Origin: Carcharhinus longimanus
Taxonomy: Eukaryota
Assembly: GCA_030264375.1 (NCBI GenBank)
Contig: JASCQW010000112.1
Coordinates: forward strand, 27,749,105-27,812,388
Direction of reading: 5' to 3'
Length of the DNA stretch: 63,284 bases
Shown here: piece after piece, positions 50,691-63,284 of the stretch
Numbering within the stretch: position 1 is the stretch's first letter
Layout: each line of letters begins with the position of its first letter
The notes under the pieces: model-generated
What the model was told of the DNA's origin: nothing
The model's input: only the letters and a program-made list of their open reading frames with translations
Databases searched by the model: none
Made by a program: the position numbers and the translations under genes

Positions 50691-53589
50691 GATGTAAGAT
50701 TTCAATAACATAACAAATTTAGAATTTTAGATGAACGAGGACTAACACTTGGGATTTCATATTTGCCACACTTTAAATACTAGCTTAAGTTCTTGCCTGC
50801 TGGAAGAGAGGCAATTAGTCAAAAACAAGCTGCTCGCACAATTTGCAGCTACGAGGCAGTTTATATCAGCTGGAAGTGCTAGTTGTGTGTGAAGAATGTA
50901 CCAACAAGGGCCTGAAGTTGCAGCATTTCCTTTGTTTAAAATTCACACACAAGGTTTCTTAAGAAATGACGGTTCAATTCTCAGCATGAATTCCTCACTA
51001 TAGTGATACAAGATAGGTGCTGCTAGTTTAACACATATACATTTCAATTAAAATAGTCTTCCAAAATTTTGATTAATTAAATATATCAACAGAGTAAATC
51101 ATTTATCATTTAGGAAGACATCCATTTTGCTCATCTCTCCTGTGCCACAAGCTAACATATGATACTGAGGAGTCCCAGGGTACGCTTCAACAAGTTCCCA
51201 TACTTATGCAAAAGCCAACCAGCCCACAATTTGTGATAAGAATGTAACATGATTTATGTCACCTGTCCATTAATTCATGTAACTCCATAGATGTCACTGA
51301 ATAAAGCATCTGTCTCTCAATCACTGACTACATGACTTCAGCAATGAAGGTGGAGAGAGAAGTGTGATCTCACTTTAAATTAATTGAAGAGTTAATATGA
51401 CCTTATATGATGCAAAGAACCTCAGAATTAAGGATAAATATCCAAGGTTTCAAGACATTGTTGGCACAGTCACCCACTGTTCCAATGGTGACAACTCTCC
51501 TAAGTCACAGCTCAAAACTGAAATCAGGACAGAGACAAAAACTTTGCTTGTACTGTCAGCACCTGAGGGAATCCAGACTCCCAGGTGGGAGAGGAATATT
51601 CTTGCTGTCTTTACTGCCTTTTGTTAATTATATTTACCATTACTGCTTATTAAATTCCTACCCTGCCTTTCTCACTTGATTGTATCTTGTTGGCTAGCTC
51701 AGCGAGACCCACACAAATTATGGATTTGGGATACGAAGTTAAATTAACTAAAATTACCAGCAGCCTAAATTTTAATCATATTCTAATTCTTACAGTAATG
51801 TGGGAAGTAACCACACTTGGACAGGATGAGAAAGTGTTGCTAGTGATACTCTAGTTGCAATAAAGGTAGATAACAATGTAACCAGGTGTGACTAGTTCCA
51901 CCCAGCTGGATAAATGGACAGGCTTTGGAGGAGGATGATCTGGTCAATTTTATCAAAGGCTGCCGATTAGGTCAAGGAGAATAAGGAGAAGTTTACCTAG
52001 GTCATAATCGCACAAGATGGCATGTGATTTTGTCGTGTACTAATTTGGTACTGTGGCAGGAGCAGAAACCTGATTGGAGGGATATATTGTGGACAATACA
52101 TCACCATTCCTCCCAAGATGATGGATCAAAATCCTAGAACTCCCAACCCAACAGCACCATGGGAACAGACTACTAAACTTCAAGAACTCAAGTGCAGTTA
52201 AAAATGGACAATACATGCGGGCCTTGCCAGTGATGCCCACATCCTGTGAATGATTAAAAAATGTAAGTGCACAGTGCTCAGTGTGGTCTGCCCAAACACC
52301 AAATTCTGTTCTGGTCATCAGGTCACAATGGAACTATTTATGTGACAGAGGCTCTGTAGGAGAGAGCCATATGGCTGTTCCCAGTGTCACAGGTCTGTGT
52401 TATTAGGAAACACTGGAAAACAGTCTTCTAGTTTGGAAAGGAAGGAGCTGAAAGACGATCTATATAGATAAGACAACAATAGAAATAGACCAACGGCCAA
52501 TTCTTGCCTTAGGTACATAACACAACATGCAACATTAAACACTTAAAGAGATTGATGTATTCCCTAATATTTAACCTTACAATGTTGTCAGTTGGGTGAT
52601 CACAACATGTTAATAAAGCAGCAGTTATACATCTGTCCCTGATGCCATCTTTAAAGGTCTGATTATTAGAAATGAGTCATTTTAATCAGTAATATATTGT
52701 GCCTTTGCCAAATTGGTTTGGATTTGTGTAACTGCAAATATACTTTGGATCGAGCAATGTAAAATGATTCAAAGGTCAGTTAAATTTAAATCACCTCCAA
52801 TCTTTGACATATGTGGCTGAAATCTAGCTCAGGAGAATTACTGATTGCTCATATGGGGTTTAGGTTGAATGTCAGCAATTCTATGAGTATATTTCATACA
52901 TACAGATATGTTCTACAATCTACATAGACATCTTACGCCAAAATACAATTCCAAAGCCTATTAGCTTATTCAACAAGTTATTTATAGTGGGACAAAAAGC
53001 ACAGAAACCAAACTAAAGGCATCATACGTAGATTACTGACCCCAACAATTTAGGTGCATGTAACAGTGTGCTGTTGTCAGTTTTTTTTTAAATGTATGGA
53101 AGAGTTTTAAAGTCTCTTTAACAAAAGCCTAAATGACATTTCCAGTGGGACATTTCTCCATTCTAATATAATTAAGGTTCATCATAAAATAATTTAACAG
53201 GGGCATTTCATACTTTACACCAGAAATCTGAACTTTAGTGTTATAGTCACACATTTATATACTTGCTGCAAACTGTCTTAAAAAATTAGCAGCTCAAACA
53301 CTCGTTTGTCTCAAATATAAATGTTAGTATTTTGTCGATCCCATAAATTATCAGAATACAAAGAGTCATTCACCTTAAGAATTTGAACAACCATCTACAC
53401 ATCATCAGGTATTTATTGTACTATTAGCTGCCAATTTACCATAAATTTGGATAAGATAAAACATCATTTTTTCAGAATTGCAAAATAACAAGTGTTTAAA
53501 CTATTTTTTGTATTCAAATCCTTCTTCAAAATACAGTACATCTTTAACTATATTTTTTAGATTAAGATTGATGAAAGTAAAAAGCTTAC

Positions 53590-53798
53590 TTCAACAACAT
53601 TGTGATATGATTTGTGTCTAGCTTCAGCTCTTTTATGGCACAAGCTACAATATCTTCTTGTTCCTGTGCTTCTTTTACAATACTCCCAATTTCAGTCCAG
53701 TCAATCTGATTGGCTAAGGCACTGCGTATCACTTGAATAGCTTTATCAACAATGTTCAAATTGATTTCAATTAACTCTCCCTTAATCTTATCGTATTC
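53590..53798 (-). CDS. NEMF: NEMF exon ~13 ([14 protein letters not shown]...[13 protein letters not shown]...NHITMLL)
   Basis: caatag/gtaagc; 209 nt. Confidence 0.96.
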
Positions 53799-54189
53799 CT
53801 ATTGAAAGAGAAACATAGATAAAAAAAATTTAATTTTTTAACATTGTAAATGTAACACATAGATAAATATCACTTTTAACAATGTGCCAAGATATTTCGG
53901 TGGTATAATTAAAAGAAATATCTCCAACCAAAGAAAAATACATTCAGGAGAAAACCAAAAACTTGGTCAAAGAAGTTGATTTTAAGAAGTGTCATAAAAG
54001 AGAGAGATCTGAGGAGTAAAGTGAACAAATTTCAGAGCACTGAATCATGGCAGAGTACCTGGGTGGGATGGAAAGGGGCGTGGGTCAAAGGTCTGAAGCA
54101 ATGTAAACAAAAGGATCAGAATATTAAATTTGAGGCATTGAGGGTAGGAACCAAAGTAGGTCAGCGAGGACCAGTGATAGAATGATAAA

Positions 54190-55555
54190 TCAGCAAATGA
54201 AAGGGACAGAAGAACTCATGAAAACCACAATCATCAGGGGAAGTGGTACTGAATAAATTGATGGAGCTGTGGGTTGACAAGTCCCCAGGTCCTGATGGGC
54301 TTCACCCAAGGGTCTTAAAAGAAGTTGCAAGTATGATAGTTGATGTGTTGGTTTTAATTTTCCCAAAATTCCCTAGACTCAGGGAAGATTCCATTAGATT
54401 GGAAAATAGTGATTGTAACTCTTCTATTCAAAAAGGAAAGGAGACAGAAAGCAAGAAACAACAGGCTAGCTGGTTTAACATCCATTGTAGAGAAAATGTT
54501 AGAAGCCATAATTAAAGATTTTATAGTAGGGCACTCAGATAAATTCAAGATAAATGAGACAAAGTCAACATGGTTTTGAGAGGGAAATCGTGTTTAACCA
54601 ATTTATTAGGAGTTGTTTGAGGAAGTAACATGCTGTGGGTAAAGGGGAACCAGTGAATCTAACCAGTAAAGGCATTTGATAGGGTGCCACAGAAAACAAA
54701 AGGTCATGATGAAATGGGTATCATATTGGCATGGATAGAAGAATGGCTAGCTAACCTACACTAGGGTGTAGGCATAAATGGGTCATTTTCTAGTTGGCAA
54801 ACTGTAACAAGTGGTGTGCCACAGAGTTCAATACTGGGGCCTCAACTTTTTACAATTTATATAAATTACTTTGGTGAAAGGACCAAAAGGTATAGTTACT
54901 AAATTTGCAGATGACACAAAAATAAATAAAACATAAGAAGGTGACAAAGGGATATAGATAGATTAAGGGAGTGGGCAAAGATTTGGCAAATGGAGTATAA
55001 TGTGGGAAAATGTGAAATTGTCTATTTTGCAGGAAGAATAAAGAAGAAGCATATTATCTAAATGATGAGAGCTCGCAGAGCTTAGAGACGTAGAGGGATG
55101 CGGGTGTTCTTGTGACTCGCAAAAGGTTAGTTTGCCAGTAGAGCAGGTAATTAGGAAAGCTAATAAAATGTCATCATTTATTGCAAGGGAAATTGAATAG
55201 ACCTGAAGGAGCAGTGCTCTAAAATCTTGTGATTCCAAATAAATCTGTTGGACTTTAACCTGGTGTTGTAAGACTTCTCAGTTGTAGAGGGCTTTGTAAG
55301 AGTAAGTGACCATTTGATTGGAACTGAAGGGTGGATGTGGAGAGAATATTTCCTCTCACGGGAGAAGGCAGGTGGGAGCAATCTTTGATTTTTTTTAGGC
55401 AAGGCTATATAGATTTTCTACAGCCGGGGAGTAAAAGGTTATTTGGGGCAGGTGGATATGGGGTTAAAGTCAGCTCAACCATGATTTACTGAATGACAGC
55501 AGGCTTAAGAGGCTGAGTGGCCTATTCCTGCTCCTAATTCATACATTCATATGCT
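54190..55555 (+). mobile_element. decayed CR1-clade ORF2 and 3' end, with a Penelope-like fragment at ~55200-55280
   Basis: KSPGPDGLHPRVLKE, SGVPQSSILGPQLF and KFADDTK motifs. Confidence 0.85.
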
Positions 55556-55724
55556 AAGTCATGGTAAACAGAATTTGGTGTAGGATGATAGAAGCAGCAG
55601 CATTTTGGCTGAGCTTAGTTTATGGAGAAGGGTGGTAAGAAGAACTGGAATAGCCTAGTCAGAAAATAACACAGCAGGGATGTGGTTTTCAACAGTACCT
55701 GGACTAAGTTAGGAAAGACATAAT

Positions 55725-56510
55725 GGGCATGATTCCCTGTATCAGCACGGTGCCTTTGGAGGGATTCACGACCAGCGCCCAGCAGATCGCAGCTATCCCA
55801 GAAATGTAGAGAGATGCAGCCTTTTTTTTAAAAAGAGTAATCAGCCTCATTCCGGAAATCAGCATGAGGCTGATTACAGTATGGGATGGCATCGTCCAGG
55901 CTAGTTAATGTTTCCCACCCCGTCGAGACAGATTCCCACCAGTGGGGGGTCACGTATGGTCCCCATGAACAGGAAGCAGGTATGGTCATCCTGCTGGTGG
56001 GGACAGAGGCCATTGAGGCCCCCCCAGGGTGGGGGAGTGCCCCTTGAACAGTGCCAGTGTGGCACTTTGGCAATGCCAAGGAGGTGGGGGTGTTGGGCTC
56101 GTCATGGAGAGTGGGGGTTGGGGTGGACATGGAGGGAGGGTTACAGAAACCGGTGATTGGGTCATGGAGGCCTGCGATTGGGAGGGAGGGTCATGGAGGC
56201 CGGTGATGGGGGGAGCCAGTGCGCATGCGTCAATCTCCACGCTGACAGCTTAGCACATGTGCACTGGCCTGCTCAGCATGATGATTCTGACCTCTCTGGC
56301 AGGTTCAGGCTCTATTCACCTTCCCCCCACCCCACCACCTCCCTCCTCCCACTCACCCACCCCCCCTACCAATGTGAATCAGGTTACAGACTCTGCGATG
56401 CATAGATCCCCGGAGATTCATTCCACTCAGCTCGCCCAAAAAATGGGCTGGAAAGTCTCCAGTATTCCTGCCCTTTGGGCACTTAGGTTTTTTTTGAGAG
56501 AATTGCCCCC
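55725..56510. mobile_element. GC-rich non-coding interspersed element, possibly a non-autonomous DNA transposon
   Basis: Sharp GC-rich block in an AT-rich intron with weakly inverted ends (gggcatgattc / gaattgccc). Blocks of similar style at ~22980-23967 and ~61050-61640. Confidence 0.35.
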
Positions 56511-56685
56511 ATAATGTCTTCAATCTAAACCAATGGGAGTTATCCATACAAAATAACAATTACAAATGTACGTAATATCCCTTAAGATTACTATTGATGT
56601 ATGGATGATAGATTAATGTTCACAGCAGCAAACTTACAATTAGCCATCATATACTCTACTATTACAGGTGTATAATTAAGCTTAC

Positions 56686-56763
56686 CTGATTTGCTTGCAA
56701 GGCATCTAATCTTTTCTCATGGTCTTTACGAACATTTTCCAATTTCTTCAATGCTTGCTTTTC
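56686..56763 (-). CDS. NEMF: NEMF exon ~12 (EKQALKKLENVRKDHEKRLDALQANQ)
   Basis: ttataag/gtaagc; 78 nt. Confidence 0.94.
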
Positions 56764-57681
56764 CTTATAACATGGAATATAAGGTATTATATCTATATCA
56801 TGCATTTTGTCCACAGTGATCATCAATGGTGTATCTTTTCACTTGGAAAATTGAAATATTTTCAACTCTTTTGAAAACGCTTGTAAACCACGCATTAATC
56901 TGCTTACACATCAATATAGATTATGTTTTTATACTATTATCAGGGAATAAACCATCACCCTGCAATTTTGTGGGGTATTCTATTTTGGTGAGAGCCCAGC
57001 TGAACTGCGAAGTGTAAAAGAATAAACAACTAGTTTCAGCCCTTTGCATTATTACCCTCATCAAAATTAGAGCTGGAGGCGAGGAGAATCTCAGAGCCCT
57101 AATGTTTGTAGAACTTCAGAATAACTGGTCTAGTAATGTTCTTCATTTTCTATTTAATGAAACAGTCATAAATATACTAAATTATGTATTGCATTAATAA
57201 AAGTACTGTGAATGCATCCAAAAGTTCTGATTTTTAAGCCAGAAATAAATTTTGGATATAAATAGTAAATGGTCACCATACAATATGCAAGAAGGTTTTA
57301 AGTAGGGCAAGGCACAAATAAATTTTGAAAACTTCCAATGGCTTAAAATTTAATAATAAAACAGTAGAACATTCTGGCTACAACGGTAATGGGAAGAACT
57401 ATTCTCATTTGAAAGCCACAAAGAGGTATAGGTAGCATCTAGCACATTATTGAAAGGGGGTAAATGTGGATAAGTTTGGTTAAATCTTTTTAAAATCACA
57501 TAAGTTAAAAAATGACCTGTTTGTTGAATTTAGGAGATTGGAAAACAATTTTAGGAGCAGTACTTCACAGATGAATATTTCAGCATTATGTCCTCAGTCA
57601 TGTGCCAGGAACAGATGATTAGGGAACTTGATACACAAGGAAATGTGGGGTATCAGGAATAAAGATGCTACCTTGCGGGGC

Positions 57682-57812
57682 CCACCTGACGAAGGAACAG
57701 CCAGTTCCTAAAGCTAGTGGCGTTTACTACAAATAAACCTGTTGGACTTTAACCTGGTGTTGTGAGACTTCTTATTGTGTTTACCCCAGTCCAATGCCAG
57801 CATCCCCACATC
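57682..57812 (+). mobile_element. Penelope-like terminal repeat with degenerate hammerhead motif
   Basis: CCAC CTGACGA AGGAAC AGCCA GTTCC TAAA GCTA GTGG followed by the aaataaacctgttggactttaacctggtgttg family tail. Confidence 0.7.
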
Positions 57813-58264
57813 ACTGCATAGTTCTGACAGAGATGGAAGCAATACTGTAAGGATGGGATATATCTGAAGGAGGGAGGTACTAATTTACCTGTAGAGGATC
57901 ATTTTCTTCCCAGGCAGTGAAAAAAAAAAATCAAAAAAAAAAAATCTTTTTGTCAATGTTATTATGAATGCCCAGTGGTGCTGAAATTATATTGCCGCAA
58001 AAGATGAACATAAAGTCATTTAACAAAGTTGGTGAAATTTGATAAGTTATTCTACACAGAAATGGGTCATTCAGCTCAACTACTCCATAGCAATATTTAT
58101 GTACCATTTAAAACTATTTTTATTTAGATTACCAGAGCCAGGAATCCTTCTAACCACGGTAACAGTGTTTTTGACTGTGTAGTTGCAGAGAGAACATCAA
58201 TAAAATAAATTAAGTAAAACAGTGTGAATTTTTTCAGTGCTTTTTAAAGATAGTGAAATCTTAC

Positions 58265-58327
58265 CTGCTGCAAAGCTTTTAAGTCTATTTTCTGGCTTTC
58301 TAATTTTGAGTAAAACTCATCAACTGC
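58265..58327 (-). CDS. NEMF: NEMF exon ~11 (AVDEFYSKLESQKIDLKALQQ)
   Basis: ttcag/gtaaga; 63 nt. Confidence 0.95.
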
Positions 58328-59519
58328 CTGAACAAAAAATATATTTTTACAAAATTAGCCCAAAAAAAACCTTGAACACTAATAAGAAACACACAGTAGA
58401 ATTTATGTTGCTGAGGTTCTATTGTATCAGTGTTGGGCATCCATGATTTCCCCTGCCAAAGTGGTCTTTGAATTTTGGTATCAAATGGATATCACAACCA
58501 TGCCAAATCTTGCCTTTGCACACACTACACACGCACTTGCAAGAGAAGTTGCTCTTTAGTGATTAGGATAGGAAACTTATTAACTGATTGGTACTGCAGT
58601 ATACCTATCTGCATCTAGCTGACATGAATGAACCCAATACAGACCCGGGATGAATGTAAGACCTTGCTGGTTTGTATGATTTGTCCAAAATCAATTATTT
58701 ATTATTGGAATAATATTTCTTATGACGGTTTTTACCACTATAAATTTTATCACAATTTTGCAAAGGGTTTTATTTTCATGTAACAGTTACAGATAATTTA
58801 AAGGTTTTGACTTTATTTTATATATAATTTATAGTCAAATAAAAGCAAAGCACAAAATTATTCATTCACACTTTATCTTCAATGTTAGGACAGAGAGAGT
58901 TTTCACTAAAGCAATATTTGCAGCTGATCTATTACAGACTGCCAGACAATTATTTCTGTATGCCTCTAATTCTCATTAACCGTTCCAATAGTCTATAACT
59001 ACAAATGAGACAAAATGCCAGTGATTGTTTTACGTAATCTCCTCTATCCAGCAAAGAGATTACTGCAGGGAACTAAAACATACATCTTCAAATAATACAT
59101 ACAGAAGAGGAAAACTAACTTATCTTTCTACACAAAATACATAAATCCAAGTTATTTTCTTTCTGTTTCTTTATAAAAGCCTATGGTTAGCGGACCAATG
59201 TGTGTTAAATTGAAATTAAATTGAAAAATAACTTGAAATATGCTATTAGCAATAAGAAACCACGTTCTCATTTTTGACTTTTGCTTAGACAGTGCAAGAA
59301 TATGAATTGGATGTGCCCAACAAAAATGATCATTCAAAAAAAATTTGAGGCTTTTTTGCATATGTTGCAACCAAATAATCCCACGTTAAATACAGAACAG
59401 CTGTTTAATCACTGATGTCTTTGCCTCCATTTTTATTATAAAAAGCACTTATTATTACTGAAAATACAAGCTATATCAAAACCATATACTAACATCAAAC
59501 TGAAATGCAAAATCCTGAA

Positions 59520-59815
59520 AGCACTAGGGAGCAGAGGTTTAAGGTGTGAGGGCAAGGTTTAAAGAAGATGTACAAAGCAGATTTTTTTTTTTTTACAGAG
59601 TAGTGGACTGGAGCCTGGAGTTCGTTGCTGGGGGAGATAGTGGAAGTGGATACAGTAGTGACTTCTAAGGGCATCTTGACAAGTACATGAATAGGATGGG
59701 AATAGAGGGATATGGTCCCCAGAAGGGTAGGAGGTTTTAGTTAAATCGAGCAGTTTGGTCGGTGCAGGCTTGGAGGGCCAAAGGGCCTGCTCCTGTACTG
59801 TAATTTTCTTTGTTC
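59520..59815 (+). mobile_element. CR1-clade LINE 3' end
   Basis: Same family as 4820-5055. Confidence 0.75.
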
Positions 59816-60195
59816 ACTAGTAAATAGAAAGAGTAAATGAAGCCGTGCAAGAATTCTCAACTCACTGCCAAAATCTTGTAACTAGAGTCCCTTTAAGTTA
59901 CTGCACTGTTCGTGAGAAGTCTTGTTCCCATGCAACTCAAAAGAGTAAATTCATATAAGTGCTGCCTATTTTTTTCTAGTGGCAGCATGTACTTTTAAAC
60001 TTGCTTTCTATATGCAAATATTACAACAAGGGATCAATGTGCTCCTTCAAGAATCTATCATATTTGTTACATGATTAAGAAATAAGCACAATATATCCAT
60101 GTCCTATTATTAGGCATCTTACATTTATGTCTAAATAAGACTGAACATTTTAGAAAGAAACAAAAAGAAAATAAGATCCAGAAGTATATTATTAC

Positions 60196-60271
60196 CTTAT
60201 CAAACGAGTCAAACACTATACACGAATAGTTTGTATGTTGTTCAAAAAGAAATGGATGAAATTCCTCATAT
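60196..60271 (-). CDS. NEMF: NEMF exon ~10 (YEEFHPFLFEQHTNYSCIVFDSFDK)
   Basis: ttttacag/gtaata; 76 nt. Confidence 0.95.
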
Positions 60272-60353
60272 CTGTAAAAGACAAAATCATTTTTTCAAAG
60301 AGATAGTCTAATAGCCCTACAACCATATGATAATGCAAGAAGTATAAACTTAC

Positions 60354-60424
60354 GTTAGTAACTCTTCAGGTGGCTTGTCTGGATCCAAACTTGGCTTTTT
60401 TTCTCGTTTTTGTATAATATAACC
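60354..60424 (-). CDS. NEMF: NEMF exon ~9 (GYIIQKREKKPSLDPDKPPEELL)
   Basis: atag/gtaagt; 71 nt. Confidence 0.94.
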
Positions 60425-60529
60425 CTATCCAAAAAACAATTAATACAATTTGTCTATTTCAGGGTTATAAGTAGTTTAAAATTTAAATGGGTGCATGGTT
60501 TTAAAAATATCTCCAGACACATCTTTTGT

Positions 60530-60775
60530 TTCTTTTCTTGTCCCATTTCCACTCCCTCTGTTTTTGCACCATTAAATTCTGTAATTTAATCTCTCCTGTC
60601 CTCTACCCTAACGGAGGCATTTTTTTCATTCTTCTTCCTACCCATTCCACTTCAAAACCTATTACATTTTCCCAGTGCTGATGTATGACCACAGACCTGA
60701 AACATTAACTTTGTTTCTCTATAAAGATAGTGCTGGATCTGCTGATTTCCAGCATTTTCTGTTTTAATTTCAAAT
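60530..60775 (+). mobile_element. old Penelope-like terminal repeat remnant
   Basis: ctgatgt...gacctgaaacattaac followed by gctgatttccagcattttctgtttt, similar to the 31451 family tail. Confidence 0.5.
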
Positions 60776-62403
60776 TTGATATAGTGAGCCTTCAAGGTAA
60801 GGATATCTTTGGAACACCTCAGATATTCATGCTTGAATTTTTGTTTTGTTGCGCTACTTGTGAAAACAGGCCATTTTGCTCAATGAGTCTATTTAGGCAT
60901 TTATTCGCCACAAAAGAAAATAGTGCTAGCCACACTTAGCTGTCCTGTTCCGATATCCCAGTTTTCTTTATATATCTGTAATTTTACATTAAATGTTGCC
61001 ATATCCTCAGGTCTCTGTAAAAAGGCCCTTTTCATTCTCTAAATATTTCAGAGGCGAGCTTACTAGATTCACGCCCGGTTTCTCGCTTCTCGCGATCTTG
61101 CCAGCTCTGGATACTTAAATATTATTAGTGAGTCTCAGATGCAATTGCCCAGGCTTACTTGTCTTAATGACCTCACTGGTAGAGGTCCTCACCAGTAAGG
61201 ATTTGGTCCCCATCAATGGGGAGCTGATGTGATGGCCTCTCCGGTGGGACGGGATGCCATTGAGGCCCAGGTGCAGGGCCTAAGGGGAGGTTAGGGGGAG
61301 GATGTGCATTCAGCAATTGGGGCAGCAAGTCAACCGGGCCAGGAGGTTGGGGATGATCAGCTGGGGAGGCCAGCGAACAGGCTGAGGGGGAAAACTGACA
61401 GATCTCTCTGCTCTGTTGCACATATCATGATAGTACAAAGATCATGATAGTACCCTCTTCTGCGAGCAACTAGTTTTCTGCTGAGAATAGACTCCATCCA
61501 TTTGCTCTACTGGCATGAATCATATTTCACCTCTTTTTTTGCACAAAGTGCCATTAGATTGTGTCTGAAGGCTTGCTGAAAAAATGGGCGTGATTTTCTC
61601 CCATTTTCATGCTCATTCAGCACTTAGAATTTAAGCACCCCCCCACCCTCCATTGCATTTCATTTGGCTTCTATTATGCCTCACTTTAGACCCCACAACC
61701 ATTACAAACTGTATACTTTATCTACTTCATGGTATTTCTATACAAGTTATTTTTAACATCAACCCCATAATCAGAATTATACCCACTGTAAAACCTCAAT
61801 ATCATTCCTGCAACTTGGAAGTGAATACCACAATCAGTACTCTAACTGACATCTTATAAGCCCATCATTACTATTGGCTTGTGTTTTGTATATATATAGA
61901 ATTCCATTAATGTTTTGGCTTTTAAAATAATCTAATCAACCCGAGGTCAAAGTCATAGAGCAATGCAGCATGGAAACACCATGGTGTTGCCTAAAATGTT
62001 TCGTGAGCCTGTACCCCTTCCAAAATCCCCAAGTTTTCCCAGTGCACTAAGCCTATTTCCCTTGAATATATTTACTCCTATTATAATTTTAAAGTCAAAA
62101 TGTCTTGTCTCACACTTGCTGACACTAAATTAGAGTTGCCATTTTAAGCCCACTATCTCAAACTTATCAATATCATTTTTTAGTTTCCTTTGGCATGCTA
62201 AAGAATTGAGCTTTACTTCCTGTTTTGAAGTCATCGACAGGCTATTTCTACAGCTATATACAATTCAGCAATATACACTGGAAAGCATGAGCAGAGGCAA
62301 AAATGATATCTGAAACGGAGATCCAATTACAGAATATGGGAAATTAACTGGCAGAGAAGAGGTAGGCTTGGCATCACAAGGAAATAATACTACAAGAGTC
62401 TAC

Positions 62404-62477
62404 CTGTCCTTTAAAGTTACTTGTCATCTCCATAAATTCCTCAGCCTTCTGTAAAGCTGCCATAAGCTTTTCTCCAT
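62404..62477 (-). CDS. NEMF: NEMF exon ~8 (DGEKLMAALQKAEEFMEMTSNFKGQ)
   Basis: tttccag/gtagac; 74 nt. Confidence 0.92.
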
Positions 62478-62671
62478 CTGGAAATGGGAAGTATGATTAA
62501 AGGCAAAATTTAAAACTGAAAATTAAAACAGAAAAAATCTCAAATTATTCTTTCATTTGTCATACCAAAGATTACAATTATTCTTACAATAATGTTATGC
62601 CATTAAACTATTTTCATAAAATGCACTATTTTCAATAACATTGCAATTAAAATCTGTTCCTGTAAACTTAC

Positions 62672-62761
62672 CTTTAGACAAATCAAAATCATGGCCTACT
62701 TTTGCATTACCAGATATTCCAATCTTCATCAGACAATGTTCAATCAACGTTGCTCCACAAG
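62672..62761 (-). CDS. NEMF: NEMF exon ~7 (CGATLIEHCLMKIGISGNAKVGHDFDLSK)
   Basis: ttttacag/gtaagt; 90 nt; in frame with the next exon. Confidence 0.9.
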
Positions 62762-63122
62762 CTGTAAAATGAAAAAGGTATTTTGATGGTTAGAAAATGT
62801 CGTCATTTCAAATCTCAAGAAAATGAAAATATTTTTCAATGTCTAATCTGTAAAATAACTGGCCACACTCAACCAGTTTTATTTCAGTGCTGAACTGGAA
62901 ATAAATCTACATCTTGCATGTGCTTGAAAATGATATTCTACAGTCGACATGCAGTATTAAAACTATTAAAATTAAAAATCTATTAGAACTGATCTAATTG
63001 GAAGCACTTCCTGAGAACAAATGAAGTTTGTTACTTTGTTTAGATGTGTCAAGTAAGCCAGCATTATGCCTTTAAACCCTGACATGAGTTATAGCTGTAT
63101 TTGCTGGTGACAATACCATTTT

Positions 63123-63284
63123 GGGCGGCACGCTAGCACGGTGGTTAGCACTGCTGCTTCACAGCTCCAGGGTCCTGAGTTCGATTCCCGGCTCGCGTCA
63201 CTGTCTATGTGGAGTTTGCACATTCTCCTCGTGTCTGCGTGGGTTTCCTCCCACAGTCCAAAGATGTGCAGGTTAGGTTGATTG
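63123..63284 (+). mobile_element. V-SINE (HE1-like), cut by the window end
   Basis: A/B boxes and a well-preserved V-domain. Confidence 0.85.

Noticed and set aside
51240-51795. Possible solo LTR (TG...CA ends); similar impressions at ~16130-17104 and ~39810-40877
   Set aside because: I could not identify a target-site duplication, PBS or PPT; it needs a repeat-library search.
55828-56559. Cluster of overlapping ORFs
   Set aside because: Expected from stop-codon depletion in a GC-rich block; peptides are low complexity.

Overview
Repeat-rich vertebrate genomic DNA, most likely from a cartilaginous fish (shark-type HE1/V-SINEs, Deu-domain SINEs and CR1, L2, Rex1, RTE and Penelope-like remnants), with six N-gaps. 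Two protein-coding genes converge tail-to-tail. On + lie the last two coding exons of KLHDC2 (516-568, 2765-2888). On - lie 27 consecutive coding exons of NEMF (62761 down to the stop at 15984). All NEMF introns are GT-AG, and the exons join in frame into 2843 nt. They probably correspond to exons 7-33, with the 5' exons beyond the window. Most ORFs in the supplied track are spurious or retroelement debris. The most notable signals are: (i) at least three families of Penelope-like terminal repeats carrying minimal hammerhead-ribozyme motifs, one with a U3-A8 core covariant, two of them folded back at the ribozyme; (ii) a triplicated ~32-aa acidic module in one NEMF exon; (iii) a NEMF exon that regenerates a strong 5' splice site; (iv) a ~1.1-kb duplicated cassette bounded by gaps. 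No clearly new biological system is demonstrable from sequence alone. Family names and human comparisons come from my recall, not from a database search. Repeat boundaries are approximate.
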